Assembly: GCA_030601885.1 (NCBI GenBank)
Contig: JAUWAU010000014.1
Coordinates: 68,774-132,773 of the forward strand
Length of the DNA stretch: 64,000 nt
Reading direction: 5' to 3'
Origin: Armatimonadota bacterium
Lineage (GTDB): Bacteria; Armatimonadota; Zipacnadia; JAUWAU01
In this document: piece after piece, positions 34,701-44,340 of the stretch
Position numbering within the stretch: the stretch's first letter is position 1
How the letters are laid out: each line of letters opens with the position of its first letter
The notes under the pieces: generated by a model
What the model was told of the DNA's origin: nothing
The model's input: only the letters and a program-made list of their open reading frames with translations
Database searches by the model: none
Translations under genes and position numbers: made by a program

Positions 34701-35759
34701 ACGGGCATCGACGGGCTCTACGACAGCTACTTGGCCAAGCGCGAGAAGCGCCGCGAGTACGGCTTCGAGAACTTCGGCGACGATACGTTCGAGTGGGGGT
34801 ACGGCCCCAGCTACACGTACTGGAGCAACAGCGAGTACGACCGCCACCACGGCTTTGCACTGCAGTACGTACGAAGCGCCGACCCGAAGTGGTGGGAGCT
34901 GTGCGAGGAGACGGCTCGGCACTACCGCGATGTGGTGCTGTGCCACCATGCGCCGCCGGGGTCGCATCGCCTCGGCGGGCCACACCATCACAATGCGACG
35001 TCCATGTGGATGCCGCAGCACGACGAGCAATACTGGATCGCCGATCACACTATGTCCGGGGCGAGCGCCGGTCATAGCTGGGTGGAGGGGATGATCGACT
35101 ACTGGTTCCTGACGGGGGATCCGTGGGCGGAGGAGGTGCTCCACGAGCTGGCCGAGTGGTACTGCGACATCGTCGAGCACAATCGGTACGGCGCCGGAGG
35201 CCAGGAGCGCGGGCCAGGCTGGACGCTCATCGCCATCTCGGCGCTGACGAACGCCATCGACGGGGAGCGCATCCGGCAGGCGGGCTGGGCGGTCGCCGAT
35301 TGGATCCTCAAGTGGCAGGACCCCATCCGCGGCGTCGCGTCGATCCCCATCTCGGAGCAGCCCAGTTACGAGGGCGGCACCAGCTTCATGCACGGCATCG
35401 TAGGGCGCGGTCTGGGTCGGTGGTATGACGTCACGGGCGATCCTCGAGTGAAGGAGGCCGTAGTCGGCATCGCCGAGTGGATCACCACGGAGCCGATGGG
35501 CGAGATCGGGACCTTCTGGTACAAGCAGAGCCCCCACAACAGCAGGCGCTATGGGGCAACCGATCAGTGCCTCACCGCGCTGAGCTACGCGTACGACCTG
35601 ACGGATGACCCGTGGTTCGCGGAGGTAACGCGCGCGCTGATGGACCAAAGGGGCCCGGGCAGTCGCTCGATCAGTTGGTACCCGCAGACACTGGCGCACA
35701 TGGCGGCGATGTTGGATCCGGCCGAGCCGACGGCGCCGGGCGATCACCCGGCCAGGTAG
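31728..35759 (+). CDS. Large secreted exo-rhamnogalacturonan lyase-like (PcRGLX/YetA RIFT-barrel type) multidomain protein
   Basis: Signal peptide; GIPFP...G, VPVQTR..ARWPDGS.K..LL.F, YGFENFGD, W.NSEYD, H..DV, GHSWVEG..DY..LTGD, ERGPGW. Confidence 0.75.
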   Translation: MIAAMLISFLAASAPASAGPKALLVAPEGNYVARALAALGTPHERIDPRQYRTVSPFDHDVIVWGFDQTRVPLRAEPEVIDAFVRSGGVLLAFRANEEDPWLPAPLARDKAYAFGKILEPEHPIFTTPHKFTDGLMREVHGGSIYRAFFDLGEGWLPLVSAGAEQAWDKTGARDDGEHYGIVELPRGEGRIILVQMIPSYHWFHDSDGDASCAGARFFENLVHYALSSAPARAASRPRRRMPEGYHTDIEGFTALPQRGDGLPLDDRAWRFTSKGPYTMKVDRRGVLTFTHADTPSRAGSFAQLAREIEIPQHAGTVTLRWYESDTYCGGRERILGGERHGETALENYKRGMRFARVLVNGEPVWEQDVLGRNPQPASQRVRTADITDAIRKAKGKCELALRVEDREGSADEPFAIDVFFATVEVILDLRRAPAAEMFEAKGFTAAADGRLKLTGPRGSLATRHYGPAGPYVVAVRLRDGHAGQSQLRVLAGDRRIAMWKLTADDHRVYWAVSEPAELPAGVPVRIEINRDDDEEVEIHEAAIIAERLLAQPTELGEPPAAGGRGAAHVRFPLTLRETAGAGRADEVTAQGIPFPVRCLPKGEHLRVTGPDGAPVPVQTRTIARWPDGSAKMLLLAFPATVAAGETATYTVEAGEGVEPVPVVDALTLSEEAGLLRIDTGAIAVTVSTTNGRVVDDVRRGGRLLKRADEVWELVLVDEHGRAVASGGPTVTETQIVDAGPLRALVVRKGSLADGQGTLVDYRMTLEATAGSDHLRLEATIINREDTAEVYLKRWSLQLARPDAARGLVRLGLAETHAANAGAVLYQHREDLLSWTGDDGARTRAEAKAPGFVRLPGMAAGTRWFWQRYPQAIRFEQGAVRFDFIPEPLDDGDLPMRWRDRMLEQTDRYSVGGVGYPQSPGKMGLFRLAQGEALSQEMLFVLDGRDIDEPGEAIFAPLVARLRAAPDPAYACSTRAFGELSPADRAKYPRYETGIDGLYDSYLAKREKRREYGFENFGDDTFEWGYGPSYTYWSNSEYDRHHGFALQYVRSADPKWWELCEETARHYRDVVLCHHAPPGSHRLGGPHHHNATSMWMPQHDEQYWIADHTMSGASAGHSWVEGMIDYWFLTGDPWAEEVLHELAEWYCDIVEHNRYGAGGQERGPGWTLIAISALTNAIDGERIRQAGWAVADWILKWQDPIRGVASIPISEQPSYEGGTSFMHGIVGRGLGRWYDVTGDPRVKEAVVGIAEWITTEPMGEIGTFWYKQSPHNSRRYGATDQCLTALSYAYDLTDDPWFAEVTRALMDQRGPGSRSISWYPQTLAHMAAMLDPAEPTAPGDHPAR

Positions 35760-35799
35760 TGCCCGCCGTCCTCCGCGAACCCCGGGGCCGCGGTCCAGC

Positions 35800-37005
35800 T
35801 CACCGGCTACCGCGTCGCGCGATCAGGCGGGAGGCTGCCGCGAGCACGAGTACCTGCATGACCATCGAGCCGGGCAGGAGCAGGACGCCGCCGCGCAGGC
35901 CGAACGCATCGCCCAGTGTGCCTATTGCCCACGGGAAGATGACGCAGCCGGCGATGCCCGCTGCGGCCAGCAGCGCAAACAGGGATGCGGAGCCGGTGGC
36001 GATGTTGTCTGACGCCAGCGCCAGGATGGTTGGCCAAAAGCACGCCACAAACAGCCCGCTGAGAGCGAACAGCACCCATGCGCCCCACAGCCCCTCCACG
36101 AAGTACAGGCCGAGAGTGACAAGCGCGCACGCCGCGGCTGAGGCGGTCATCAGGCGCAGCGGAGTGACAAGCATCACCACACCGCTGCCGGTGAAGCGTC
36201 CGGCGGCCATGAATGCCCCGAACAGGACCATAGTCCACGCGCCGCCGCGTGCCGAGGCCCCGAGCTCATGCTCCACGAAGTTCGGTCCCCATGATGTCAG
36301 CCCCGCCTCGCATCCACCTCCCAGTACCATACCGATGAGCAGCGGCCAGAACAGCGGGTCCGTGAGGAAGCGTCGCGGACGACCGGCCTCCCGATGGGCG
36401 GCCTCGACCGCGGGGTAGCGGCGCGTGAGGAACAGTCCGGCGCACACGAGCGCGGGCGGCACCCACAGCCAGAATGGCAGCCGCCACGACCCGCCCGCCT
36501 GGAGGACCTCGCCCGTTGTCAGCGCTGCCAACACGAGGCCCACCGAGAACAGGCCGTTGATGATGTTGAGCACTCGCGCGGACGCGCGCGGGTTGAGCTG
36601 GGCTACCAGGGGATTGACGAGGGCCTCCATGACGCCCTTGCCCAGTCCGGAGACGGCGTTTGCACCGAGCAACGCGACATATCCGGCTGCCCGGGCGGTG
36701 GCCGCCTGGCCGGCCGCAATGAGCACCGCCCCCCAGAACAGAAAGTGTCTCTTGCCCAGGCGATCGCCCAGGTAGCCGACCACGAGGAGCGAGACCAGGA
36801 GCGCGCCCATGCGCGCGGTGGTCAGCAGCCCGCGCTGCTCGAAGTTGAGGTGCAGCTCCCTGCCGATGGCCTCCAGGCAGACGGACGGGATCGCCACGCT
36901 CGCTCCGAAGACGATCATCCCGACCGCCGAGGCAGCCATGAGGCGGGAGTACGCCACACTGGGGCGATGCTCGGCGCGGCTACTGGGAGGGGGGCTATCC
37001 GTCAT
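35800..37005 (-). CDS. MFS transporter
   Basis: About 12 hydrophobic helices; motif A GYLGDRLGKR; start uncertain (ATG 37005 or 37014). Confidence 0.9.
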   Translation of the reverse strand: MTDSPPPSSRAEHRPSVAYSRLMAASAVGMIVFGASVAIPSVCLEAIGRELHLNFEQRGLLTTARMGALLVSLLVVGYLGDRLGKRHFLFWGAVLIAAGQAATARAAGYVALLGANAVSGLGKGVMEALVNPLVAQLNPRASARVLNIINGLFSVGLVLAALTTGEVLQAGGSWRLPFWLWVPPALVCAGLFLTRRYPAVEAAHREAGRPRRFLTDPLFWPLLIGMVLGGGCEAGLTSWGPNFVEHELGASARGGAWTMVLFGAFMAAGRFTGSGVVMLVTPLRLMTASAAACALVTLGLYFVEGLWGAWVLFALSGLFVACFWPTILALASDNIATGSASLFALLAAAGIAGCVIFPWAIGTLGDAFGLRGGVLLLPGSMVMQVLVLAAASRLIARRGSR

Positions 37006-37329
37006 GGGCGGCATCCATCGTGCTGCGTCCGAGTTCCCGGTGCCCCATTGATTCCCTCCGCTGGTTGTGCCTATACTTGTGCGTTCAGCCTTCGAGGAGG
37101 CAGGCCGGTCCCAGGAAGCCCTGGTGTTTTCCGAGCCGCGCGAGATCTTCCTCACGCTGCCATCGCCGGCGGGCGGCAACGGACGGGTCGAGCTCGGGTT
37201 CGTGGCTCACTCACACTGGCGCCCAGGGATGGGATACTGCTGAAGCGAATGTAGCGGCGTGTTCCACAGAATCGAGGTCATTCCCCAGTGATCGCTTCAG
37301 CCATTGGCCGCATGTGGACGTCTCGGCAG

Positions 37330-39216
37330 ATGATGCCTCCCCTTTGCCTTGGCCTTGCCGCGGGCCTGGCCCTGGCTGGGCAATCTATGCCGGAGGGTGG
37401 CACTATTACCACACGAGGAGCTCACGCTGTGAGCCAACTGCCCGGGACCGCCGATTCATTCGAAGTGACCGTGGAGCGTCGCCAACGGGAGACGCTCCGC
37501 ACGCTCGCGGAGATCACGCCGCCGACCGAGAAGCCATGGCGTTCCGCCCTCAACAGACACGCCGCGTGCTTGCTTATCGGAACGCGAGTGGACGAAGCAG
37601 CCGCATGGTTTGGGGATCCCGCCACCCATCGTCACCGGACGGACAGCGAGCTCGAGTGGGGATCACTGCAGATGCTCCGCGCCTATCATGCGCTCAAGGC
37701 AAGCGAGCACTTCGTCGGAGCCGGGTGCGAGTCGCGTGTCAGGGAGTTCCTGCTCCGGACGTATCTTCCTCGGGTGCGGGACCCGGAGACATGGGGCGGG
37801 CGCTATATGAACCCGCGCGCGTGGGCCGGCAGCGAGAATCACGTCATCGTGCAGTTCTCGATTCGTCTGCTGATGGAGGAGCTTGCCGGCGACGACATGG
37901 ATCGCAAAGCGCATGACGCCGTCGCGGCGCAGATCCGAAAGTGGTGCTGGGAGAAAGCAGTGCGCGGACTGACCGAGTTCTCGTCGCCGCACTATACGGA
38001 GCGCAGCCTGTTGCCCTTGCTGAACGTGTTCGACTACTCCGCCGATGGCTCCCTTCGCGAGTGCGCGCGAATGGCCGTTGACCAGATGCTGGCCGAGTAC
38101 GCCCTCACCCAGATCAACGGCTTCCGCGGCGGCGCCATGCGGCGGTTCTACCAATACGGTGGGGAGTTCCCCTGCGCCGAGATCAGCGACGGACGACACG
38201 ACTGTCTGTACCCGCTCGGGCAGATCTTGTTCGGCGGTCTGTCCGATGACGACAAGCTGACGTACGCCAAGTGTGACCAGAAACTCGGCCACCTCTTCTA
38301 CGCCACGACCGCCTACCGAGCCTCCCCCGTGCACCTGGCGGTCGCCAGGGCGGCACGGACCACATCGTCGGTTTTCCGGAGCGCCAGACGCTGGGAGCAC
38401 GAGTACGCCGAGCCCGCGGCACCGGATACGTACATCTACGCCTACCTCACCCCCCACTATGTGCTCGGATCCATTCGCCTCCCACCGGGTGAGATCTGGG
38501 GCCGGAAACAGGACGCGCCGCGGTTCCATGCCACGACCAATCGAGGCGTGCCGTTTCGCCTCAGCTTCCATCGTCCGCGAGCGATGATCGGCCCGGCGTG
38601 CGCTCTCGGCGGCTCGCAGAGCGCGGGGCATGATTACCGGCTCGACCCGCCGGATGCGCGAGCCCTGTTCCAGCACGAGAACGTCCTGCTGTACAAGGGC
38701 CGCCTCGACACCTATCGGTCCCTGGAACCGGCCATGTCGGCGGAGCAGAGCATCGCGTGGGAGCAGCGGGACGGCGATCTGCGCTTCTTCGGTGAGCCCG
38801 GCGCTGACGGGGAGGCCGTGTACGTCGGCGTGTGCGAACGCAACGGACTGGGCGTGATGGAGGTGAGACTGGCGAGCGGGCATCCATCATGGACCGCGTT
38901 CAAGGACGACTTCGCCGCGAACGCGGCCAGTCTGGAGTCGGAGGCGCACATCGACTACAACACCATCGACGGCCGCCAGATTCAATATCGCGGAGCCGAC
39001 AGCGTGACAGTCAACACCGAGCGGCAGCGCATGTCTGGCTGGCCGCTCTATCAGTCGCCTTTTCTCAGCGCCCCCTGGCTCAACCAGAGCGACGAGGCAG
39101 GCAGAATCGTCATCGGCAACGAGCAGACGGGGCAGCTCATCCTCGACTTCCGCAATCCCGCCGACCCGCGACGGACCGAGCGACCGCTGCCACGTGGGGG
39201 CCCAGAGCTGCCCTGA
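37330..39216 (+). CDS. Secreted hypothetical protein, heparinase II/III-like architecture
   Basis: Signal peptide-like LCLGLAAGLALAG; GSENH, EFSSPHY....L.PLLN..D, Y.Y.TPHYVLGS; start uncertain (37288 or 37330). Confidence 0.6.
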   Translation: MMPPLCLGLAAGLALAGQSMPEGGTITTRGAHAVSQLPGTADSFEVTVERRQRETLRTLAEITPPTEKPWRSALNRHAACLLIGTRVDEAAAWFGDPATHRHRTDSELEWGSLQMLRAYHALKASEHFVGAGCESRVREFLLRTYLPRVRDPETWGGRYMNPRAWAGSENHVIVQFSIRLLMEELAGDDMDRKAHDAVAAQIRKWCWEKAVRGLTEFSSPHYTERSLLPLLNVFDYSADGSLRECARMAVDQMLAEYALTQINGFRGGAMRRFYQYGGEFPCAEISDGRHDCLYPLGQILFGGLSDDDKLTYAKCDQKLGHLFYATTAYRASPVHLAVARAARTTSSVFRSARRWEHEYAEPAAPDTYIYAYLTPHYVLGSIRLPPGEIWGRKQDAPRFHATTNRGVPFRLSFHRPRAMIGPACALGGSQSAGHDYRLDPPDARALFQHENVLLYKGRLDTYRSLEPAMSAEQSIAWEQRDGDLRFFGEPGADGEAVYVGVCERNGLGVMEVRLASGHPSWTAFKDDFAANAASLESEAHIDYNTIDGRQIQYRGADSVTVNTERQRMSGWPLYQSPFLSAPWLNQSDEAGRIVIGNEQTGQLILDFRNPADPRRTERPLPRGGPELP

Positions 39217-39288
39217 GCTGCCGAGGAGCCAGGGACTCCGGGCCGCACGGAGGGCCTTCAGTGTCGCTGAGAAAAGGGGCGAGCGGCG

Positions 39289-41319
39289 CTACTGGGGCAC
39301 GAACCGTATGCCCGTAATCGCATCGCCCTTCTTCTCGATCTCCAGCTCCCCGACGATCCTGTAGTTTCCCGTGCCCTGCAGGAGCACCCCGGGCGGCTTC
39401 TTCGTCTCCGGGTTCCACAGCCCGACCCGCACCTCGTACTTCCCCGTGCCGCAGTGCCCGGGCACCTCCACGCGCACCGGGCCCACGGTGTGTTCGTCGC
39501 CCTTGCGCCACTGTGTGGTAGGCGGCTCCGGCCAGGCGGTGAACTTGAAGGCGATGGTGCCGGTGGTTGCGTACCTGGCGTTGTGGAACTGGGTGAAGCT
39601 CCAATTCTTGTCCTCGCCCGGGATGGGGCCGTTCACGCGCCACACGCACGTCATCTCGAACTCGTTGCCGCCCAGGTACTTGAACTCACGCACCTCGGGT
39701 GAGGCATCGATGAGCCGTATCTCAACGGCCTGCTTCGCCTTCTCGGCGATCACATGCGCGTACGGGTGCCCCGTCTCTTCGAGCCACGTGAGCGCTCTGC
39801 CCCGCATCCGCTGCACCGTGCCCTTGTACTTCGGCTCCTGCGCCAGATTGTGCAGCTCCCCGGCGTCCTTCTCCATGTCGTACAGCTCGTCTATGTCTCG
39901 GTTCTTCCAGTTGAGCACGTACTTCCACTGCTCGGTGCGCACCATGACGCAGTTGTCGCCCGAGTTGCAGAACACGGCGTCGCGGAACTCCTTGCGCCGG
40001 CCGCTGAGCACCTCGGCGAAGCTCTCCCCCTGCACGCCGTCGGGGATCGCCACGTCCATGAGCCCCAGCAGCGTGGGCAACAGATCGACGTTGCTCGCCA
40101 GCGCATCGCTCGCGGAGCCTTCGGCGGCGACCCGCGGCACGCGCATGAGGAGCGGCACGCGCATCAGCTCGTCGTAGCCGCAATAGCCCAGCTTGAATAT
40201 CATGCCGTGGCCGGCGATCATGTCGCCATGATCCGCGGTGAAGAGAACGATGGTGTTATCGGCAAAGCCGGAGTCCGAAAGCGCCTGCAGCACCTTGCCG
40301 ATCTGCGCATCGAGGTAGCTGCAATAGCCCCAGTACCGGCGCGTGTAGTCGCGGAATTGCTCCTCGGTCCACTCGCGCAGCTTATAGCACCGCCTGTTGC
40401 GCCTCTGGGCGAACGGCTTGTCATCGAGCAGCTCCCGGTGGTTCGCCGGCAGATCCGCCTGCTCCAGGCTGTACATCTCGTCCCATGGCTTCGGCGGAGC
40501 CACCGGCAGGTGCGGCCCGTAAAAAGACAGCACGAGCCCGAAGGGCCGCCCGCTGCCCCGGCGCTGCCGGATGAACTCGGCCGCCTCCCTGGCGAAGAAC
40601 GCCGCCATGTGGTGCTCCTCGGGGAGCTTCGAGTACATGTGCTGGCCTTCCGGCGCGCTGGGCCAGTCGTTGTGATTGCCGAGGTTGGGGATGCGGTCCA
40701 CGATGTCGCCGAGGCCCACTTCCCGCAGATACGCCTTGTAGTGCTTCCAGCCGCCCGCCCACTTGTCAACGAACCCGTGCTGCGGCTCGTCCTCTCCAAA
40801 GCCGCCCTCGATCTGCTCGAACTTGAAGCCCTCGTCGCTCGCCACCCGCCGGTAGAACCACCGCCCGTCGTGGGGCTTGCGCCCCTTGATGTCCCGGTAC
40901 ATGGAACCGCCGAGATGCCACTTGCCCACGTAGCCGGTGTCGTAGCCGGCCTGCTTGAGGATCTGTCCCAGGGAGGGCACCTCGGGGGCGAAGAGGATGT
41001 CATTTCGGATGGTGCCGTGGCTGTGCGGGTAGCGCCCCGAGAGCATCGTGGCCCGCGACGGGCTGCAGGGGAAGCCGGCGATGTGGAAGTTGTCGAAGCG
41101 CATGCCCTCTGCCGCGAGCCGGTCCAGGTGCGGCGTTCGGACAACTCTGTTCCCGTAACAGCCCAGTGTGCTGGGGGGCTGCTGATCGGTCATGATGAAC
41201 AGGAGATTGGGCCTTTGCTGCGCCGGGCGCTGCGCTGTCGCCGCCGCGCCCGTACCGAGGGCCAACCCGCCCGTGACGGCCTTCAGGAATCGTCGCCGGG
41301 TCGTGCTCATTGCTGTCAC
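39289..41319 (-). CDS. Sulfatase, Tat-exported, with C-terminal beta-sandwich extension
   Basis: TRRRFL, PNLLFIMTDQQ, CSPSR, GKWHLG, ADHGD, ELYD...D..E..NLA. Confidence 0.93.
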   Translation of the reverse strand: MTAMSTTRRRFLKAVTGGLALGTGAAATAQRPAQQRPNLLFIMTDQQPPSTLGCYGNRVVRTPHLDRLAAEGMRFDNFHIAGFPCSPSRATMLSGRYPHSHGTIRNDILFAPEVPSLGQILKQAGYDTGYVGKWHLGGSMYRDIKGRKPHDGRWFYRRVASDEGFKFEQIEGGFGEDEPQHGFVDKWAGGWKHYKAYLREVGLGDIVDRIPNLGNHNDWPSAPEGQHMYSKLPEEHHMAAFFAREAAEFIRQRRGSGRPFGLVLSFYGPHLPVAPPKPWDEMYSLEQADLPANHRELLDDKPFAQRRNRRCYKLREWTEEQFRDYTRRYWGYCSYLDAQIGKVLQALSDSGFADNTIVLFTADHGDMIAGHGMIFKLGYCGYDELMRVPLLMRVPRVAAEGSASDALASNVDLLPTLLGLMDVAIPDGVQGESFAEVLSGRRKEFRDAVFCNSGDNCVMVRTEQWKYVLNWKNRDIDELYDMEKDAGELHNLAQEPKYKGTVQRMRGRALTWLEETGHPYAHVIAEKAKQAVEIRLIDASPEVREFKYLGGNEFEMTCVWRVNGPIPGEDKNWSFTQFHNARYATTGTIAFKFTAWPEPPTTQWRKGDEHTVGPVRVEVPGHCGTGKYEVRVGLWNPETKKPPGVLLQGTGNYRIVGELEIEKKGDAITGIRFVPQ

Positions 41320-41406
41320 GCTCCTCGCATGTGGGCCGCCGCCTATTTCGCGCCCGTCGCCCGGCTTCCTGCGCCACGACGCTTGACGTGCTGCCCCGGC
41401 ATACTG

Positions 41407-43059
41407 CTATGACCTCGCCGCCGTAGACCAAACGCGTGCCAGACGCTCTCCCTCGTGCCACGCCGCTCCGGTCTCAGGATCTACCGCCCAGCACGCGCCA
41501 TCGACGCACCGTGTGACGGCTCTCCCCGGCGCCACGCTGCTTCCGCAGAGATGAGGTGCGTCGAGAATCCCCAACTCGACCGCCCTTGCCAGGCAGTCGG
41601 GATTTGTCCACGGGTCATCGCAGGAGGGAGCACCGGGGACTTCGCGCAGCGCGTTCAGCAGGACCTCCGCCTCGCTCAGCAGCTCTTGCTTACGGCTCTG
41701 TATGCGCGCGCCGTCGAGCATTTCCGGAAAGTCGTCCAGGCTGCTCGCGAGCACTCCGTCAACGATCTTGCAGCTCTCGACAAGCTCCCCCGGCAGGATG
41801 GCGTGATCGGCCTCGCTGAAGCCGACGACGTGCAGAATGTGCGGCCGCAGAGCCAGCGATACGACAGCAGAGGCCGCCAACTGTCCCTTGGCCTGCGCGA
41901 AGTCGGCCGAGAAGCTCCTGAGCCCGGCCCGGACCTGTGTGAGGACGCGGAAGTCGTCGCTGGCGAGCGACTCGACCAGCTCCTTCTTGGCGAGCATCTT
42001 CGCCAGGTCCATCGCCGGAGAGGTCGCCGGCGGCGTGTTGAACATGTACTGTGACACGTAGACGCGCACGCCGAGCTGGCTGGCGTTGTAGGCCGCCAGG
42101 TATGCGTCTGCCACAGCGAGGGAGTCGTGAGCATCTCGGAGCGACCACTGGTGGGCGTCATTCACCTCCACGGGGATGCCCTGGGAGGCGTACCAGGCGA
42201 TGGCCTGCTGGTTCTCCCGTATGGCGTCGCGCAGGGGGCGCTGCGAGCGCCCGTCCAGTGCGCTGTACCAGAAGAGCGGCACCGCGCCCCAGGCGATGTC
42301 GATGGTCTCCTGCAGCATCTGCCCCCAGCGCACCAGGTCGTTCGTCCCGCTGTAGCAGCGCAGGAGGGGGAAATTGCCGCAGCGCGTGGCCTCGTATATC
42401 GCCCCGAGGTCCTCGGGGCTCCGCACCGGCACTCCGCCGGCGCCGTCCTGGGTCGGATCCATCCGAGCGGGCCGGAAGAAGTGCTCCTGGGCGTTCTGGT
42501 CCGGTCCCAGCGACAGGACATCGAGAACACGCGCCTCGGCTATATCGCGCGCGCCGTTGATCGTCTCGGCCACAGTCGGTCGGCCGAAATGATGCCTGAG
42601 TATGGGCCGGGGCAAGCACGCCTCGATGCGCTCAACGAGGCTCTGCGGATAGTCCTCCTGCCCTTGCGCCCTCAACTGGCCCTCGAGAAAAGCGACGATC
42701 TCCTCGGGCGTTTGGCTGCCGTCGAAGACCCGCTCGAACATCTCCGTCTCGGCGGCGACAGCGGCAACGGGCGGCGTTCCGCCGAGGATGAACCGAATCC
42801 CCTCCCGTTGATCCTCCGGAATGGCCTTCCGCACTGCATCAAGCACTCGCCGGGCCGACGCCGGGGTCAGCCGATAGCTCAGCGCCACGATATCTGGCTT
42901 TCGCCGCCGAATCTCGTCCGCCAGAGCCTCGGGCGACACGGCCGGCCCGAGAAAGCAGGTCCCATAGCCGGCGGACTCGGCCAGGCGCAGGAACGCGTGC
43001 ACGCCGGCGACGTGGACGCAGTCGCCGATGGCGGCGGCGAGGATGGTGCCCCGGGCCAT
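41407..43059 (-). CDS. Cobalamin-binding domain protein fused to a mutase-like TIM barrel
   Basis: N-terminal GDCVHVAG (DxHxxG-like), LG..V, LSYRLT, GGT B12 Rossmann motifs; about 420-aa C-terminal domain; TGATG overlap with the upstream gene. Confidence 0.82.
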   Translation of the reverse strand: MARGTILAAAIGDCVHVAGVHAFLRLAESAGYGTCFLGPAVSPEALADEIRRRKPDIVALSYRLTPASARRVLDAVRKAIPEDQREGIRFILGGTPPVAAVAAETEMFERVFDGSQTPEEIVAFLEGQLRAQGQEDYPQSLVERIEACLPRPILRHHFGRPTVAETINGARDIAEARVLDVLSLGPDQNAQEHFFRPARMDPTQDGAGGVPVRSPEDLGAIYEATRCGNFPLLRCYSGTNDLVRWGQMLQETIDIAWGAVPLFWYSALDGRSQRPLRDAIRENQQAIAWYASQGIPVEVNDAHQWSLRDAHDSLAVADAYLAAYNASQLGVRVYVSQYMFNTPPATSPAMDLAKMLAKKELVESLASDDFRVLTQVRAGLRSFSADFAQAKGQLAASAVVSLALRPHILHVVGFSEADHAILPGELVESCKIVDGVLASSLDDFPEMLDGARIQSRKQELLSEAEVLLNALREVPGAPSCDDPWTNPDCLARAVELGILDAPHLCGSSVAPGRAVTRCVDGACWAVDPETGAAWHEGERLARVWSTAARS

Positions 43060-44168
43060 CAACTTTCACCTCCGACGGCCACGGCCCGCAGCTCCCGCAA
43101 CGACATGTCGGCGATTCCCAGGCGCTCCACCGTGCGCCCGGTCTCCCAGTAGTCCTCCCCCATCATCGTCGAGGCCAGATGAATGATGCTGTCCATCGTC
43201 GGCGTCGGCTGGCCGAACTTGCGCCCCAGGGACGCGATGGGCACCAGACTCATCGGCACGTCCTCAGTGATGTACCGATGCCTGATCGCCTTGGGCGCCA
43301 GCAGCCCACTGTAGCCGGGGTTCGCCGTCATGGCCTCCCGCAAGTCGCTGCCGTGCACGCCGTAGGCGAAGTACAGCCAGTTGCGCGCCGTCATGACGCT
43401 GATGCCAAGCGCCTCAGCGACGCCGACACGCTCCTTGTCCAGGACCTCCAGCACACTGGCAACGGACGGCGAAACTCCCTGGCGGTAGAACTCGAAGTCG
43501 CTCCCATCCTCGATCCAGCCCGTGTTCAGTATCGCCTGTGCCGGGTGAAACACCGCCCCGATGTTGTCCAAGCTCGTGTTGAGCACGTCGGTCCCCGGGA
43601 CGAACTGCGGAAAGGCCGGTCGCAGGCGCTGCAGCACGTCCGGGATCAGGTGCGCTCGGATGGAGGCAACCGGGATGGCGTTCTTGATGCGGAAGATCCT
43701 CGCTTCGCCGGGGCCGATGACGCGGGACGCGTAGATGAAAGTCTGCGCCTCGGCGATGATTACCTTTGCCCTGCAGCCGCAGGACTGCAGGACCTGGTGG
43801 AACTCAATGGCTCCGAAGGTGCGCCCGGGGTTCAATACGACGATCTGGCCGTCGGCGAGATGGGGCGCGCACGTCCTGGCGATGTCCCGGTGCCCGGTGG
43901 CCGGCACGACCACCATAATCACATCGCACGCGGGCAGCGCCTCCGCGGCGTCGGTCGTCGCCAGCGCGACGCGCCCAAAGCCGGTCACCTGCCCATGGAG
44001 CTCTACGCCCCCGCGCATGCGCACCGGCCGGATTCGCCCTTCGGATCGATTGTAGAGGTTGACTTCAAATCCCATCAGGCCCAGATGCCCTGCCATCGCC
44101 AGGCCGCCGTTGCCCGCGCCCATCACGCAGAACCGCGGGCGCTCCGACGGGTCGTCGCCCGATGCCAT
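43059..44168 (-). CDS. NAD(P)-dependent opine (octopine/nopaline) dehydrogenase family protein
   Basis: GAGNGG, LNPGRTFGA, E.QT..YASR, N.GAVFHP, FY..G, D.ER, HRYITEDVP..L, GRT...LG; RBS GAGGTG. Confidence 0.92.
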   Translation of the reverse strand: MASGDDPSERPRFCVMGAGNGGLAMAGHLGLMGFEVNLYNRSEGRIRPVRMRGGVELHGQVTGFGRVALATTDAAEALPACDVIMVVVPATGHRDIARTCAPHLADGQIVVLNPGRTFGAIEFHQVLQSCGCRAKVIIAEAQTFIYASRVIGPGEARIFRIKNAIPVASIRAHLIPDVLQRLRPAFPQFVPGTDVLNTSLDNIGAVFHPAQAILNTGWIEDGSDFEFYRQGVSPSVASVLEVLDKERVGVAEALGISVMTARNWLYFAYGVHGSDLREAMTANPGYSGLLAPKAIRHRYITEDVPMSLVPIASLGRKFGQPTPTMDSIIHLASTMMGEDYWETGRTVERLGIADMSLRELRAVAVGGES

Positions 44169-44340
44169 ACGAACCACCTCTGATGTAGCTGTACCCAGGC
44201 ACGCTTGCGCTACACGCGTGTGCCACTGTGACGACGCGCACAAGCGCAACAAAAGTTTCGAGGAAAAGCCTTCGTTCCCTGCCCCCCTGGGCAACGGGGC
44301 CGTTCGACGCGGGAGGGATGCCGGTTACGGACACGAATAC

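Noticed and set aside
39754-41412. 552-aa plus-strand ORF (likewise 26632-28008, 34110-35747, 14832-16058, 37663-38883)
   Set aside because: Antisense shadows of sulfatase, lyase-like and aminotransferase genes.
44170-44340. Cobalamin riboswitch upstream of the B12-protein operon
   Set aside because: No B12-box or GCCACTG/GGGAAG core motifs found on the minus strand.
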